Below, piece by piece: positions 18,592 through 28,532 of a DNA stretch of 64,000 nucleotides. The position numbers were made by a program, and so were the translations under genes. The first letter of the stretch is position 1. The number at the start of each line of letters is the position of its first letter. This DNA is from a bacterium (GTDB lineage Bacteria; Patescibacteriota; CPR2; UBA1875; JAJYID01). Under the pieces are notes generated by a model. The model was not told where the DNA came from. It made no database searches and saw only the letters and a program-made list of their open reading frames with translations. Where the stretch lies: positions 74,523-138,522 of the forward strand of contig JAUSJO010000005.1 of the NCBI GenBank assembly GCA_030647205.1, written 5' to 3'.

Positions 18592-18993
18592 ATGGCAAAA
18601 GAAAAAGATCAGGAATTCGTTGAGTACGTTGTAAAGGAAATCGTATCAAACAAAGACGCGGTAAAAGTTGTTAGGAGTATTGATGAAAAAGGTGTCCTAC
18701 TTGAGCTTACAGTAGATCCTGAGGATATGGGTGTAGTTATTGGTAAAGAAGGAAAAACTGCTAAATCTATCCGAACTTTGCTTCGTGTTTTGGGCGCAAA
18801 GAACGATTCACGTGTTAACTTAAAAATTGTTGAGCCTGAAGGTTCTGAAAGACCCGCTAGAAAAGAAGAAGCTAGTGAAGAGTCTGCAGCTGAAGTAACA
18901 GAAGAAGTAGAAGAAGCTCCTGTCGGAGAAGAAGCTTCAGAAGTCGTTGAGGAAGAAACAGAAGAAGAGCCAATGGCAGACCTTGATATCTAA
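18592..18993 (+). CDS. khpA: KH-domain RNA-binding protein KhpA
   Basis: DMGVVIGKEGKTAKSIRTLL; located between rpsP and trmD. Confidence 0.9.
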   Translation: MAKEKDQEFVEYVVKEIVSNKDAVKVVRSIDEKGVLLELTVDPEDMGVVIGKEGKTAKSIRTLLRVLGAKNDSRVNLKIVEPEGSERPARKEEASEESAAEVTEEVEEAPVGEEASEVVEEETEEEPMADLDI

Positions 18994-19051
18994 TCAAATC
19001 GAAACTAAAGAAAAAAGCCACACTCGTGGCTTTTTTTGATAAAATAAAACT

Positions 19052-19720
19052 ATGAAATTTAATGTAATTACACTTTTCCCGGAAACGATTCATAGCCTGA
19101 CAGACTACAGTATTCTTGGACGGGGCATAAAATCAAAAATTATAGAGATTGAAACCTACAATCTCCGTGACTTTGGATTAGGCAAATATAAGCAGGTAGA
19201 TGATACGCCGTATGGCGGTGGTGCTGGCATGCTTCTGAAAGTTGATATTCTGGACAAAGCGATAGAAAAGGTGAGAGCCCAAAACAAGGGCACATTCGTT
19301 ATTCTCCTTACTCCGAAAGGGCAGAAATATGGCCAAAGCCAAGCTAAAAAATTATCAAGAAAAGATAATATTACCTTTGTTTGCGGACATTATGAAGGAT
19401 TTGATGAGAGGATTCGCGAGTTGGTTGATGCAGAAATATCTATCGGTGACTATGTTTTATCTGGTGGGGAGATTGCAGCTGCGGCCATCATTGACTCTGT
19501 TAGCCGTTTGATCCCCGGAGTTTTAGGCAAAGAGGAGTCGCACAAAGATGAATCTTTTGAAGATGGAATGCTAGAATACCCTCACTATACAAACCCGAGG
19601 GAGTATAAAGGTATGAGTGTGCCGGAGGTGCTACTATCCGGGAATCACGGAGAGATTGAGAAGTGGAGAAAAGAGCAGGCTCAGAAAGTTACAAAGGATA
19701 AAAGACCGGATTTAAAATAG
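19052..19720 (+). CDS. trmD: tRNA (guanine-N1)-methyltransferase
   Basis: VDDTPYGGGAGM, CGHYEGFDER, SIGDYVLSGGE. Confidence 0.97.
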   Translation: MKFNVITLFPETIHSLTDYSILGRGIKSKIIEIETYNLRDFGLGKYKQVDDTPYGGGAGMLLKVDILDKAIEKVRAQNKGTFVILLTPKGQKYGQSQAKKLSRKDNITFVCGHYEGFDERIRELVDAEISIGDYVLSGGEIAAAAIIDSVSRLIPGVLGKEESHKDESFEDGMLEYPHYTNPREYKGMSVPEVLLSGNHGEIEKWRKEQAQKVTKDKRPDLK

Positions 19721-19732
19721 CAAGATTAATCT

Positions 19733-20124
19733 TGTCATTCCGACCGATACCACGCTAGTGGAAAGCGGAGGAATCCCTTTCTCCGTATGTCATTCCCGCA
19801 CTGGATCTAGTTCAGCGTAAACATCCGGCGGGAATCTAGTCTTTAAAATATTATCCACTTTTGTTTGGGCAAAAGTGGAGCAAAACCCACCGACTAGCAC
19901 TACGAAATAGATAAAACTAATAAAAATTTATCATTCTTGCGCACGAAGCGTTTCACTAAAGCGTGCTTTTGTCCTAAAGGAGCATTCTAAATTTTTAAGT
20001 TTTATTAGCGACGTAAGGTGAGTGGTATGAAAAGGTAATCCTTTTTTATATCTGAGCCGAGGAGCTAAAATATTTTAACTATTTCTTCGTAATGTCGGGA
20101 AGAGAACAAAAAATCACGCCGGAC
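19733..20124. repeat. composite palindromic repeat locus F (D1 hairpin with nested ~70-bp insert)
   Basis: Shares D1 with 256-431 and its 5' modules with 55637-55750. Confidence 0.85.
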
Positions 20125-20231
20125 GAGATACTGTGACGTTGGGAGGAGAGAAAAATTTTCCACTTTACACGGAGTCAAAAAATATCTATTATTTATCTAT
20201 AAAACTAAAATATTGAGGGAGTTTATTTAAA

Positions 20232-20414
20232 ATGCCAAAGTTAGAAGTTGATGAAAACCTTTGTTCAGGTTGCGGAACTTGCGTAAGCGAATGTCCGGAC
20301 TGTTTTGAAATGGGCGATGATTTCAAATCTCATGTCAAAAAAGAAACTTGTGACGGTTGCGATCTGGGTAATGTCGCGGCCGACTGTCCTATGGGGGCTA
20401 TAAGCTATGAATGA
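20232..20414 (+). CDS. ferredoxin
   Basis: CSGCGTCVSECP...CPMGAI. Confidence 0.9.
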   Translation: MPKLEVDENLCSGCGTCVSECPDCFEMGDDFKSHVKKETCDGCDLGNVAADCPMGAISYE

Positions 20415-21174
20415 TCCGATGAATCCAATGCAGCCGCCGCAGGGCCCTGTTGATCCGATGAATCAGAGTTTCGAGAACAATGATCCGATGCATCCTGTTT
20501 ATGAAGAGACAACACATCTCTCCAAACTATACAAAATTATTATTGGAGTTATGGGTTTTGTTATTTTTGTCCTATTGATTTTGCTGATCATCTTTATCGT
20601 TAAATCTAACGATAGTCAGGCTCGCATAAATGCTGCAGTAGAGAAGGCAACAGAGAAGAAGGAAAAAGAAATTCGAGATGCTTGTGAGCTTGAAAAGAAA
20701 GAAATTAGGGAAAACCCTTGGGCTGACTTCAAAGCTCGTGAGGACTTTGGAACATTTAAGTTTATTGTTCCGCGAAACTGGGCATATTATGAACATTTTG
20801 ATATCAATGCCAACAACCCTTACAGCTTGTACTTCAACCCGGATATGGTTAGGTATGATTCAAACGAGAACATAAGAGAGACACATGCTGCTCTGGAAGT
20901 AACAATTACAAAGAAGCTTTATGCTCAGGAAGTCAAAGATCTTAAAGAGAAAATCAAGAATTCAAAGGACAAAAGCGCAACTGAAGAAACTGTTAATATC
21001 TCCAACTTTACCGGAACCAAGTTTACCTATAAAGACAAGGACCTTGGCAGGAAAGTCGGCGTTATCATCTTGCCATACAGAGACAGAGCATTTTTCATCA
21101 GGACTGATGACTATGATCAGTGGAATGATAAATACTACGATAAGTTTTTCAAATCTTTCGCCATAACTCCGTAG
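20407..21174 (+). CDS. membrane-anchored hypothetical protein (PsbP-like fold possible)
   Basis: Single TM helix, FKFIVPRNW, ending FFKSFAI. Confidence 0.65.
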   Translation: MNDPMNPMQPPQGPVDPMNQSFENNDPMHPVYEETTHLSKLYKIIIGVMGFVIFVLLILLIIFIVKSNDSQARINAAVEKATEKKEKEIRDACELEKKEIRENPWADFKAREDFGTFKFIVPRNWAYYEHFDINANNPYSLYFNPDMVRYDSNENIRETHAALEVTITKKLYAQEVKDLKEKIKNSKDKSATEETVNISNFTGTKFTYKDKDLGRKVGVIILPYRDRAFFIRTDDYDQWNDKYYDKFFKSFAITP

Positions 21175-21249
21175 GCTAGAACAGAAATCGTGATTCTTTA
21201 AGAGGCTTGAGCTGGAGTTTGAGTCTCTTTTAGGTTATAATAAGTCGCT

Positions 21250-23298
21250 ATGGATAAGTTTGTATTAAAAAGCAAATACGCACTCACCGGCGACCAACCT
21301 GATGCTACGGCAAAGCTGATTCGCGGTTTGGAAAAAGGTCTGGATAAGCAGATTCTTTTAGGCGTGACCGGTTCGGGCAAGACTTTCACGGCGGCAAATG
21401 TCATTGAAAAGATCAACAAGCCAACAATAGTTATCTCTCACAACAAAACTCTTGCTGCTCAGTTATATTCAGAATTCAAAGAGTTTTTCCCCGATAATGC
21501 CGTCCGCTATTTCGTCAGTTATTATGACTACTACCAGCCGGAGGCGTATATCCCTAGAACTGACACATACATTGAAAAAGATTCTAGTATAAATGAAGAA
21601 ATTGATCGTCTGAGGAATGCTGCAACGGCGGCGCTTCTTTCGCGTCCTGACACCCTCATAGTCGCCAGTGTTTCCTGTATCTATGGTCTTGGCTCGCCGG
21701 AGGACTACATAAATATGAAACTGGATTTTGAGGTGGGTAAAGAGCTAAATCAAGAGAAAGTAATGAAAAAGCTCCTTGCCGTACAATATGAGCGCAATGA
21801 TCAGGCGTTTGAACGGGGAAAGTTTCGTGTTCGCGGAGATGTTCTCGATATATTCCCTGTGTATGAAGAAAAGGCTATTCGTATAGTATTTGATGGCAAT
21901 GTTGTAGAGTCCATTCGCGACTTAAATCCTTTGACTGGCGAACTGGGTAAAAAAACGGATAAGATTTCTATCTTTCCGGCGAAGCATTTCGTAACTCCAA
22001 GAGAGAAACTGCTTGGTGCAATCCCTGAAATAATGAAGGAGCTGCAGATACGATTAAAGATATTAAAGAAAGAAGGAAAGCTTCTGGAAGCGCAAAGGCT
22101 GGAACAGCGCACCAAGTTCGATATGGAGATGATCAAAGAAACCGGCTATTGTTCAGGGATAGAGAACTATTCTCGCTACTTGGCGGGTAGAAATCCCGGT
22201 GAACCGCCGGCAACGTTACTGGACTTCTTTCCTGATGACTTCCTTATGCTTATTGACGAGTCGCATATGAGCGTCCCGCAAGTCAGAGGGATGTATAACG
22301 GCGACCGGTCCAGAAAAGAAACTCTCGTCGAACATGGATTCCGTCTCCCATCGGCACTAGATAACCGCCCGCTTCATTTCTCAGAATTTAAGAAATTCAT
22401 GGATAAAACTATCTTTATCTCAGCAACACCTGGCGATTATGAATTCAGAACAGCGAGCGACCATAAAATAGGTTCTAGCGATGAGTATTATGAAAAGGCG
22501 AGAAAAGGTGCAAACTTCGACTGGATATCCGAGCAGGTTATCCGTCCGACAGGACTTTTGGATCCCGAAGTTGAAGTGAGAGGTACGAAACATCAGATAG
22601 ATGACCTTATGAATGAGATCCAGATGCGGGTGAAGAAAAAGCAGCGTGTGATAGTCACAACACTTACAAAGCGGATGGCGGAGGACTTAAGCGAGTATCT
22701 ACAGGAGCTAAATATCAAAGTGACTTATATCCACTCGGAAATCAACACTCTGGAGCGCCCTGAAATTCTGCGTGATCTCCGAAAAGGGATTTATGACGTG
22801 GTAATCGGTGTGAATCTCCTTCGTGAAGGGTTGGATCTCCCCGAAGTTTCATTAGTAGTTATTCTAGATGCAGATAAAGAGGGATTCTTGAGGGGTGAAA
22901 ATGCCCTGATCCAAACTATTGGCAGGGCAGCACGGCACTCCGAAGGAAAGGTCATAATGTATGGTGACAAGATGACGAGGTCTATGAAGAAAGCGATATC
23001 AGAGACGGCGAGAAGGCGAAAAATACAGGAAGAATATAATAAAAAACACGGCATCACACCGACAACTATCAAAAAATCTATTCGTGAAGATATAGCCTCG
23101 TCTAAGAAAAGCAAAAAAGAAGAAAAGTTCGATATTATCGATATGCCGCCGGATGAGCTGGAAAGAATTATTAAAGATATGCGAAAGCAAATGGTGATTG
23201 CCTCAAATAACTTAGAGTTTGAGCAAGCCGCTAAACTCCGCGACCAAATACGTGAGATTAGAGACCGCTTGGAATCTCAACGCAAATTTAAGCCTTAA
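21250..23298 (+). CDS. uvrB: excinuclease ABC subunit B
   Basis: GVTGSGKT, YYDYYQPEAY, DESH, GRAAR, C-terminal UVR domain. Confidence 0.98.
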   Translation: MDKFVLKSKYALTGDQPDATAKLIRGLEKGLDKQILLGVTGSGKTFTAANVIEKINKPTIVISHNKTLAAQLYSEFKEFFPDNAVRYFVSYYDYYQPEAYIPRTDTYIEKDSSINEEIDRLRNAATAALLSRPDTLIVASVSCIYGLGSPEDYINMKLDFEVGKELNQEKVMKKLLAVQYERNDQAFERGKFRVRGDVLDIFPVYEEKAIRIVFDGNVVESIRDLNPLTGELGKKTDKISIFPAKHFVTPREKLLGAIPEIMKELQIRLKILKKEGKLLEAQRLEQRTKFDMEMIKETGYCSGIENYSRYLAGRNPGEPPATLLDFFPDDFLMLIDESHMSVPQVRGMYNGDRSRKETLVEHGFRLPSALDNRPLHFSEFKKFMDKTIFISATPGDYEFRTASDHKIGSSDEYYEKARKGANFDWISEQVIRPTGLLDPEVEVRGTKHQIDDLMNEIQMRVKKKQRVIVTTLTKRMAEDLSEYLQELNIKVTYIHSEINTLERPEILRDLRKGIYDVVIGVNLLREGLDLPEVSLVVILDADKEGFLRGENALIQTIGRAARHSEGKVIMYGDKMTRSMKKAISETARRRKIQEEYNKKHGITPTTIKKSIREDIASSKKSKKEEKFDIIDMPPDELERIIKDMRKQMVIASNNLEFEQAAKLRDQIREIRDRLESQRKFKP

Positions 23299-23317
23299 AA
23301 TAGTAGTGCAAGCTTGC

Positions 23318-23428
23318 CGACTGAAATCTCATAATTTCGGCTACAAGCCACTCAAATCTCGTCAGAATATTCTAATATTCTTTCTCGATTTTCACGTCTT
23401 TCGCTCGGAATTCTGAAATTTCAGTTCG
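23318..23428. repeat. long imperfect palindrome downstream of uvrB
   Basis: GACTGAAAT...AGAATATT-ct-AATATTCT...ATTTCAGTT. Confidence 0.6.
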
Positions 23429-23487
23429 ACATGAGATTCCGCGCAGTCTCTGAGAGAAAATAGAGTCAAAAAAGATTAAATAAGGCG

Positions 23488-24345
23488 TTAACCTTCCTCT
23501 TTACTTTTCGTAATGCCTAGTGCAGAGAAGACAACCAAAGAACCTCCAAGCACCATATTCCACGTTACCGCTTCACCAAGTATTATTGCCGCAAGCGCTA
23601 TGGCACTCACCATCTCCAGATAAGAAAGTAGCGATGTTTTGATTACTCCTATTTTCTTTAGTGCAGAAAAGAAAAGCACATAGCCCACAAGTCCGATTAC
23701 AATCGAAAATGCAGTGCCTAAAAGCATTTGGTTGACTGTTGGGAAGGGTTTATTTATAAAAACAAAGGGTAAAAAGATGATAGCACCCAAAAAATTATAA
23801 TAAAAAACAGTCTCATATTTTGAATATCTTTCAAGACCCGGTTTCAAGATTGTCGTCGTGAAGCCCATGATGATAGCTTCCAAAGTCACGGCCACCATAC
23901 CTATAAAGTCCTTACTGTCCAAGGAAAATTGTTTGTTTGCATATATCAAAACGGCGCCCAAAAAAGATATGGCGACAAGACACAACGTTCTAAGGTTTAC
24001 TTTTTCTTTTAGAATTATAATGCTAAATAGTACGGCAAATATAGGCCATGTGTAATGGATAATGACGGCGTTTCCCACAGAGGTAAAGAGGAAAGCTATT
24101 GTATAAAGGTATATTCGAAGAGCCGTTAAGGCGGAAGAGGCTAGAACTACTTTGTTGTCGCCGCGGAAAAGTTTGGTTTTTTTATAGACAAGATAACCAC
24201 CCAAAATAATGGTGGGGAAGAGGAGCCGAAAAAATGAGATAGTTGTTGCGGGAAGCGCCAAAATTTTTACAAGTATACCACTGCTTCCCCACAGAGTTGC
24301 AGCTACAATAATTTCAAAATATCCGCTTTTTATGTTTTTAACCAT
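23488..24345 (-). CDS. DMT/EamA family transporter
   Basis: About 10 TM helices, LWG, duplicated EamA pattern. Confidence 0.9.
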   Translation of the reverse strand: MVKNIKSGYFEIIVAATLWGSSGILVKILALPATTISFFRLLFPTIILGGYLVYKKTKLFRGDNKVVLASSALTALRIYLYTIAFLFTSVGNAVIIHYTWPIFAVLFSIIILKEKVNLRTLCLVAISFLGAVLIYANKQFSLDSKDFIGMVAVTLEAIIMGFTTTILKPGLERYSKYETVFYYNFLGAIIFLPFVFINKPFPTVNQMLLGTAFSIVIGLVGYVLFFSALKKIGVIKTSLLSYLEMVSAIALAAIILGEAVTWNMVLGGSLVVFSALGITKSKEEG

Positions 24346-24387
24346 AAAAGCTATTATAAAGCTATTCGGATCAAAGGAAAAGCCCCG

Positions 24388-24642
24388 CTAGAGCGGGGCT
24401 TTTTTGAAACCTTCAGAGCTGGGGACAAAGGTCCATGTCATCCTTCCGTTTAGTTCAACCTTTTTTACTATGAATCCTTTTTTGCCCATAGCTTTCAAGG
24501 CAAAGTGAACGGGGATTAGGATGATCATGCGCACAAGGACGATGAATGCGAAGATTGAGTATAGAAAGATAGATGGCCACTTTACAAGTGGATTTTTACT
24601 CCAACATCCCATGTAAGTTTTTTTGATGATGTGCTTTATCAC
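24388..24642 (-). CDS. small membrane protein
   Basis: One TM segment, SD upstream. Confidence 0.55.
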   Translation of the reverse strand: MIKHIIKKTYMGCWSKNPLVKWPSIFLYSIFAFIVLVRMIILIPVHFALKAMGKKGFIVKKVELNGRMTWTFVPSSEGFKKAPL

Positions 24643-24675
24643 TTACTTCCTTTCCTTTCATGTATGCCATGTTTT

Positions 24676-25080
24676 TTAGGAAGCGATGCTGACCCTCTCC
24701 CGGTTTTCTACATAAACCGACACAGGGCTTAAGAAGGCGGTTATGAAACCCTTCTCCGGATTGATCCCGCATGTTTCTTTGATCTTTTGCACGATATTCT
24801 CGAGAAGACGGTGCTCTTTATCTTCAAGCGCCGGGTAACATTCCCAGAGATCGTCAGAGATCTGCACTTCAACATTCACTTTTGAGAAGAGGGGATCGTC
24901 AGAGTTTTCATATCGGACCTCTATGTCGGTCCTCGGATCCCGCATAACCTTATCAAGGTTGTGAGCATAGTAAACTGTGTACTTGATATGATCTCTGAGC
25001 TCAGCTTTCAGACCCTCTATATCTTCCACCTTTGCTCTTTCAAAGAGCTTTTGTGCATTCGTGATTATAATGCGTAGCAC
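24676..25080 (-). CDS. hypothetical protein
   Basis: 134-aa ORF with AGGA SD. Confidence 0.55.
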   Translation of the reverse strand: MLRIIITNAQKLFERAKVEDIEGLKAELRDHIKYTVYYAHNLDKVMRDPRTDIEVRYENSDDPLFSKVNVEVQISDDLWECYPALEDKEHRLLENIVQKIKETCGINPEKGFITAFLSPVSVYVENRERVSIAS

Positions 25081-25226
25081 GATAGGTCCTTTCGATAGAC
25101 TTTGTAGATTCCATCAAATAAGTAAGGGTAATTTTAACATGTTATCTATAAGTTGTAAATGAAATATCCGTAACATAGGAAAAGCCCCGCTCTGCAGCGG
25201 GGCTTTTGGGGTGCGTAGCATGATAA

Positions 25227-25988
25227 CTAGAGCCGGTAGTAAGTAGATGTATAGTCGATAGCTTCTTTTATGTTGAGCTTGTCGGTAATCGGGTCACGGA
25301 GTTTGCCCTCGGCATCTGTACCTGTGTTTGGAAAGCGCCTTAGAATGGGGGCAACTATGTTACTATTTTTACCGTAGAGCCCGCCCGCAAGTACGACTCC
25401 GACGTCCAGGTTAGCCGTCTCTATCGCCTCAATGTGTCTCATAATGAGATCCGGGTTTAGCTCTTTCCCGAGTCCGCCACTCAGATCAAGTATCAGGTAG
25501 TCCACTTCTCCGTTTGGAAATGCAGTTTGGAAGCCGTTTACCAGCTTTTCTGCCGACTCATCTGTATTTTTGAGAGTGCGTGTACCTGCTTGTAGGACTA
25601 TCTGCATTTCAGGATACTTTTCCTTGAACTCGGTAATCTCTCTAGCCTCAGGCCATGTCATATTCAGCTGAAAGCCGTGGAGATTTGGGCCGCCGTACTC
25701 TCTGGTGATAGAGATAAGAACCTTCCCGAGGCCTTCATGATGCTTCATGCCATCGCCATAGTGGACCAGGTTTAAGGCTCGCTCATCGTCTGAGGTTATC
25801 TTTGCGATATCCCTCGTTATTGGATATCTCTCCGGCCATTTGTTTGGCAGGCCGGCTATCGTCTTCTGGCTTGCAAGTATTCCGACCATGAACTTTTTTG
25901 TTGATCCCTCGGGTATGGCGCTCATTACCTCATCGACTTCTTCGCGTGTCATAAAACCGGTAATGCCAATGTACGGTTCGCGTTTCAT
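25227..25988 (-). CDS. TIM-barrel protein, phosphoribosylanthranilate isomerase-like
   Basis: IGITGF, LILDLSGGLG, LAGGL, DAEGKLR; AGGAGG SD. Confidence 0.65.
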   Translation of the reverse strand: MKREPYIGITGFMTREEVDEVMSAIPEGSTKKFMVGILASQKTIAGLPNKWPERYPITRDIAKITSDDERALNLVHYGDGMKHHEGLGKVLISITREYGGPNLHGFQLNMTWPEAREITEFKEKYPEMQIVLQAGTRTLKNTDESAEKLVNGFQTAFPNGEVDYLILDLSGGLGKELNPDLIMRHIEAIETANLDVGVVLAGGLYGKNSNIVAPILRRFPNTGTDAEGKLRDPITDKLNIKEAIDYTSTYYRL

Positions 25989-26146
25989 TTTTTGCCTCCT
26001 TTTGTTATCAAGTTGCTAGTAAACCTATAATATCCATGTTGTATGCATGTTGATATTGCGTTATGTGGTCAGGATTAGGCGACATTTTAAGTTAAAAATA
26101 ATAAAATTAAGTTGAAACATATCTATTTATATGTCAATATGTTGAT

Positions 26147-26593
26147 ATGATAAAGTGTCCATATTGCAGAAAAGATTTCAATGACGTCAAAAACAGCCGT
26201 TCTACTTTTGGTAGTTCACAAATCTGGAGAAGGCGTTTGTGTAGGAAATGCGGCAAAACTTTCACCACGTATGAAAAAGTGCGGCCGGACTTCCTATTTG
26301 TTATTAAAAGATCAGGCAAGAAAGAGAGGTATTCCAGAGAGAATATTTACTCCGGTATATATCGCGCTGCTCTTGACTGGGAAGATAAGGAGCGCATAGT
26401 CAACAAAATAGTAAATGTTGTCGAGTCAAGAATACTGGATCTTGGCAAGAAAGAGGTTAAAACATCGGATATATCGGATATTGTTCTTAAAGTCTTGAAA
26501 CATAGGAATATAAAGACGTTTGTCCGTTTTCTGGCATACAACAAACAACCAAAAGGCGAAGAGGAGTTCTTGAGTCTTTTCCGCAAGTACTAA
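26147..26593 (+). CDS. nrdR: transcriptional repressor NrdR
   Basis: CPYC..SR..RRRLCRKCGKTFTTYE plus ATP cone VIKRSG. Confidence 0.88.
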   Translation: MIKCPYCRKDFNDVKNSRSTFGSSQIWRRRLCRKCGKTFTTYEKVRPDFLFVIKRSGKKERYSRENIYSGIYRAALDWEDKERIVNKIVNVVESRILDLGKKEVKTSDISDIVLKVLKHRNIKTFVRFLAYNKQPKGEEEFLSLFRKY

Positions 26594-26675
26594 AACTTTA
26601 CTTTATTTATAAAAAATTTTATAATTTTTATATAAAATAAAGCTTACGTAAAAATAAAATGAAGGAGACTATAAA

Positions 26676-27914
26676 ATGTCAGAGGGGAATGTGACACCGG
26701 AAGGAATATATAGCGACCATAAGGAAGCTGCGGGCATGTTAGAGTCGTCAGCCGAGAGGCACGAAGCAGCAAAGGCTGATCTTAAAGATGCTCGAGAACT
26801 CTACAACATGACGGAAGGAAGCGGTCTTAACGAGGGGGTTATCGCCAAGGCAAAGGATATTCATGAGTCTGCAAAAGCCGAGAATACCGCCGCCAGGAAT
26901 GAAAGCAAAGAGGTCAAAGGTTTATATGATGATAATCTCGAAATGGCTAAACAGTCAGTAACTCCTGAACTTGTAGATAGGGCAGAGTATGAAAACGAAA
27001 TGCGCGACAAAATTATAAGCGCCATAGATGAACATAACTATGGGATAGCAAAAGGTTTACTAGAAGAGCTTTTCAAAAAGGAAACAGGGATATCAATGGG
27101 GTCGGAAACTGAAGAAAACACGGTCATCACAGAGATTCCGATAGAGAAAGTAGATTCTCCGAAAGTATCGATACCCGTTAGAGAAGCAAAAGATACAGCA
27201 GAAAGTCCGGTTATCGAGATACCGGTAGAAAAGAAAAGTTCTCCTGAAGTGTCGATACCGGTTAGAGAGGCGGCAAACACAACTTCTGATCTGGATGATT
27301 TGAATCCTGAAGTTAAGGAATGTATCGATCTTATAAATATTGAAACAAGAAACTGCTTCAAGCCGGAGAACTTATCACCGGAAGAACTAAAGAGGCTTGC
27401 AGACTTGTTGGAAAACTCTACTCAGGAAGAAGTGATGGAGATAGTGAGGACTAGAGCGCATGAGATGAAGCTGATAGACTATGTCGCCACTCCCACCGCT
27501 TTTGAGAAAAACATGCACAAAAGCAATTATGGGAAAATGGGGCAGAGAGATCTGACAGATGATGTTTTGAATGCAAGGCTTTCAAGAGAAATATTAACTG
27601 AAGGGGAACAGAAAGAGCTTGAAGAAGCATTGGAGCAAAAGGGTGATAGTATTGAGATCAATGAAGAAGATAAAAGGCTTTTAGAGCTGGTAGTAAAAGC
27701 ATATAGGATCTTAAAAAGAGGCGAGCAGGATCCGGGAGGCGTAACAAAAGATCTTTATGCAACCGGCTACAGTAACATTGGCGATATGAAGAATGACTAC
27801 TCTGCTGATAATTTGTTAAAGATTATACAGACAAGCGACTATGTACTTACAGCCGTAAGACATGACAGAATCTTAAAGGATAGGATCAAGGACACTCTGG
27901 CAAAAGCCAAATAA
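26676..27914 (+). CDS. acidic hypothetical protein with internal repeat
   Basis: EIP(I/V)EK..SP.VSIPVREA occurs twice; terminator 27928-27968. Confidence 0.75.
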   Translation: MSEGNVTPEGIYSDHKEAAGMLESSAERHEAAKADLKDARELYNMTEGSGLNEGVIAKAKDIHESAKAENTAARNESKEVKGLYDDNLEMAKQSVTPELVDRAEYENEMRDKIISAIDEHNYGIAKGLLEELFKKETGISMGSETEENTVITEIPIEKVDSPKVSIPVREAKDTAESPVIEIPVEKKSSPEVSIPVREAANTTSDLDDLNPEVKECIDLINIETRNCFKPENLSPEELKRLADLLENSTQEEVMEIVRTRAHEMKLIDYVATPTAFEKNMHKSNYGKMGQRDLTDDVLNARLSREILTEGEQKELEEALEQKGDSIEINEEDKRLLELVVKAYRILKRGEQDPGGVTKDLYATGYSNIGDMKNDYSADNLLKIIQTSDYVLTAVRHDRILKDRIKDTLAKAK

Positions 27915-27993
27915 AGGGAAAAAAGAGAAAGAGGAAGTATCTTTTAAGGGGATACTTCCTCTTTTTTTGTTGAGATCTATGCTTTGTTAGCGG

Positions 27994-28320
27994 TCAGGCT
28001 GACCAGCTATATACAAATGCATAGTTCTCAGATGGTGTTTCTGCTACGGCCTTAGACTCGAAATATTCATCAAAGGCCGATACTACGGTCTGATCCTCAT
28101 CGGTCAGACCTAAAACGAAACTCGTGCTGTCTGAATGGATGATTTGCGCTATATTTTCTTTGTTTGCGCCGTAGAAAAAGCATTCTCCACAGTCATCGTT
28201 CCAGTTGATGTCCACTCCGTGGCGTCTTAGGATCCTCACCACTTCGTAAGTGTCCACCATTGAGAACTTCGATGACTCGAAGTCGCAAACTGGAATCTTC
28301 TTTTCGGACATTGTTATCAC
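27994..28320 (-). CDS. hypothetical protein
   Basis: 108-aa ORF. Confidence 0.5.
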   Translation of the reverse strand: MITMSEKKIPVCDFESSKFSMVDTYEVVRILRRHGVDINWNDDCGECFFYGANKENIAQIIHSDSTSFVLGLTDEDQTVVSAFDEYFESKAVAETPSENYAFVYSWSA

Positions 28321-28441
28321 ACCCTCTATTTTTTTAGGTACACAGCTGTGTCAGCTGATAATGTCGTGATATAGTAACATAAAAATAATGTTGTGTAAAG
28401 GGCTTTATTTACAGTCTATCCCTTTTTCTTTTATTCTAATC

Positions 28442-28518
28442 GTGCTATAGTAAGCACTCAAATTAGCTACGAAAGTTAGGGGGTAGCCTCTAACTTTTTA
28501 AAAGCTCGAACTTTGAAA
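28442..28518 (+). promoter_or_regulatory. extended -10 promoter plus structured leader, copy 1
   Basis: TGcTATAGT then hairpin AAAGTTAGGG..CCTCTAACTTT; diverged copy at 29554-29630. Confidence 0.65.
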
Positions 28519-28532
28519 CGAGGTGAACTAAG

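Noticed and set aside
17965..19720. Missing rimM and acidic tails on S16 and KhpA
   Set aside because: Plausibly ordinary lineage traits; rimM could lie outside the window.
21178..21193. AGAACAGAAATCGTGA upstream of uvrB as an SOS box or junction motif
   Set aside because: Weak single match, not palindromic like GAAC-N4-GTTC, and no equivalent seen directly before uvrA or uvrC. Worth including in a PWM scan.
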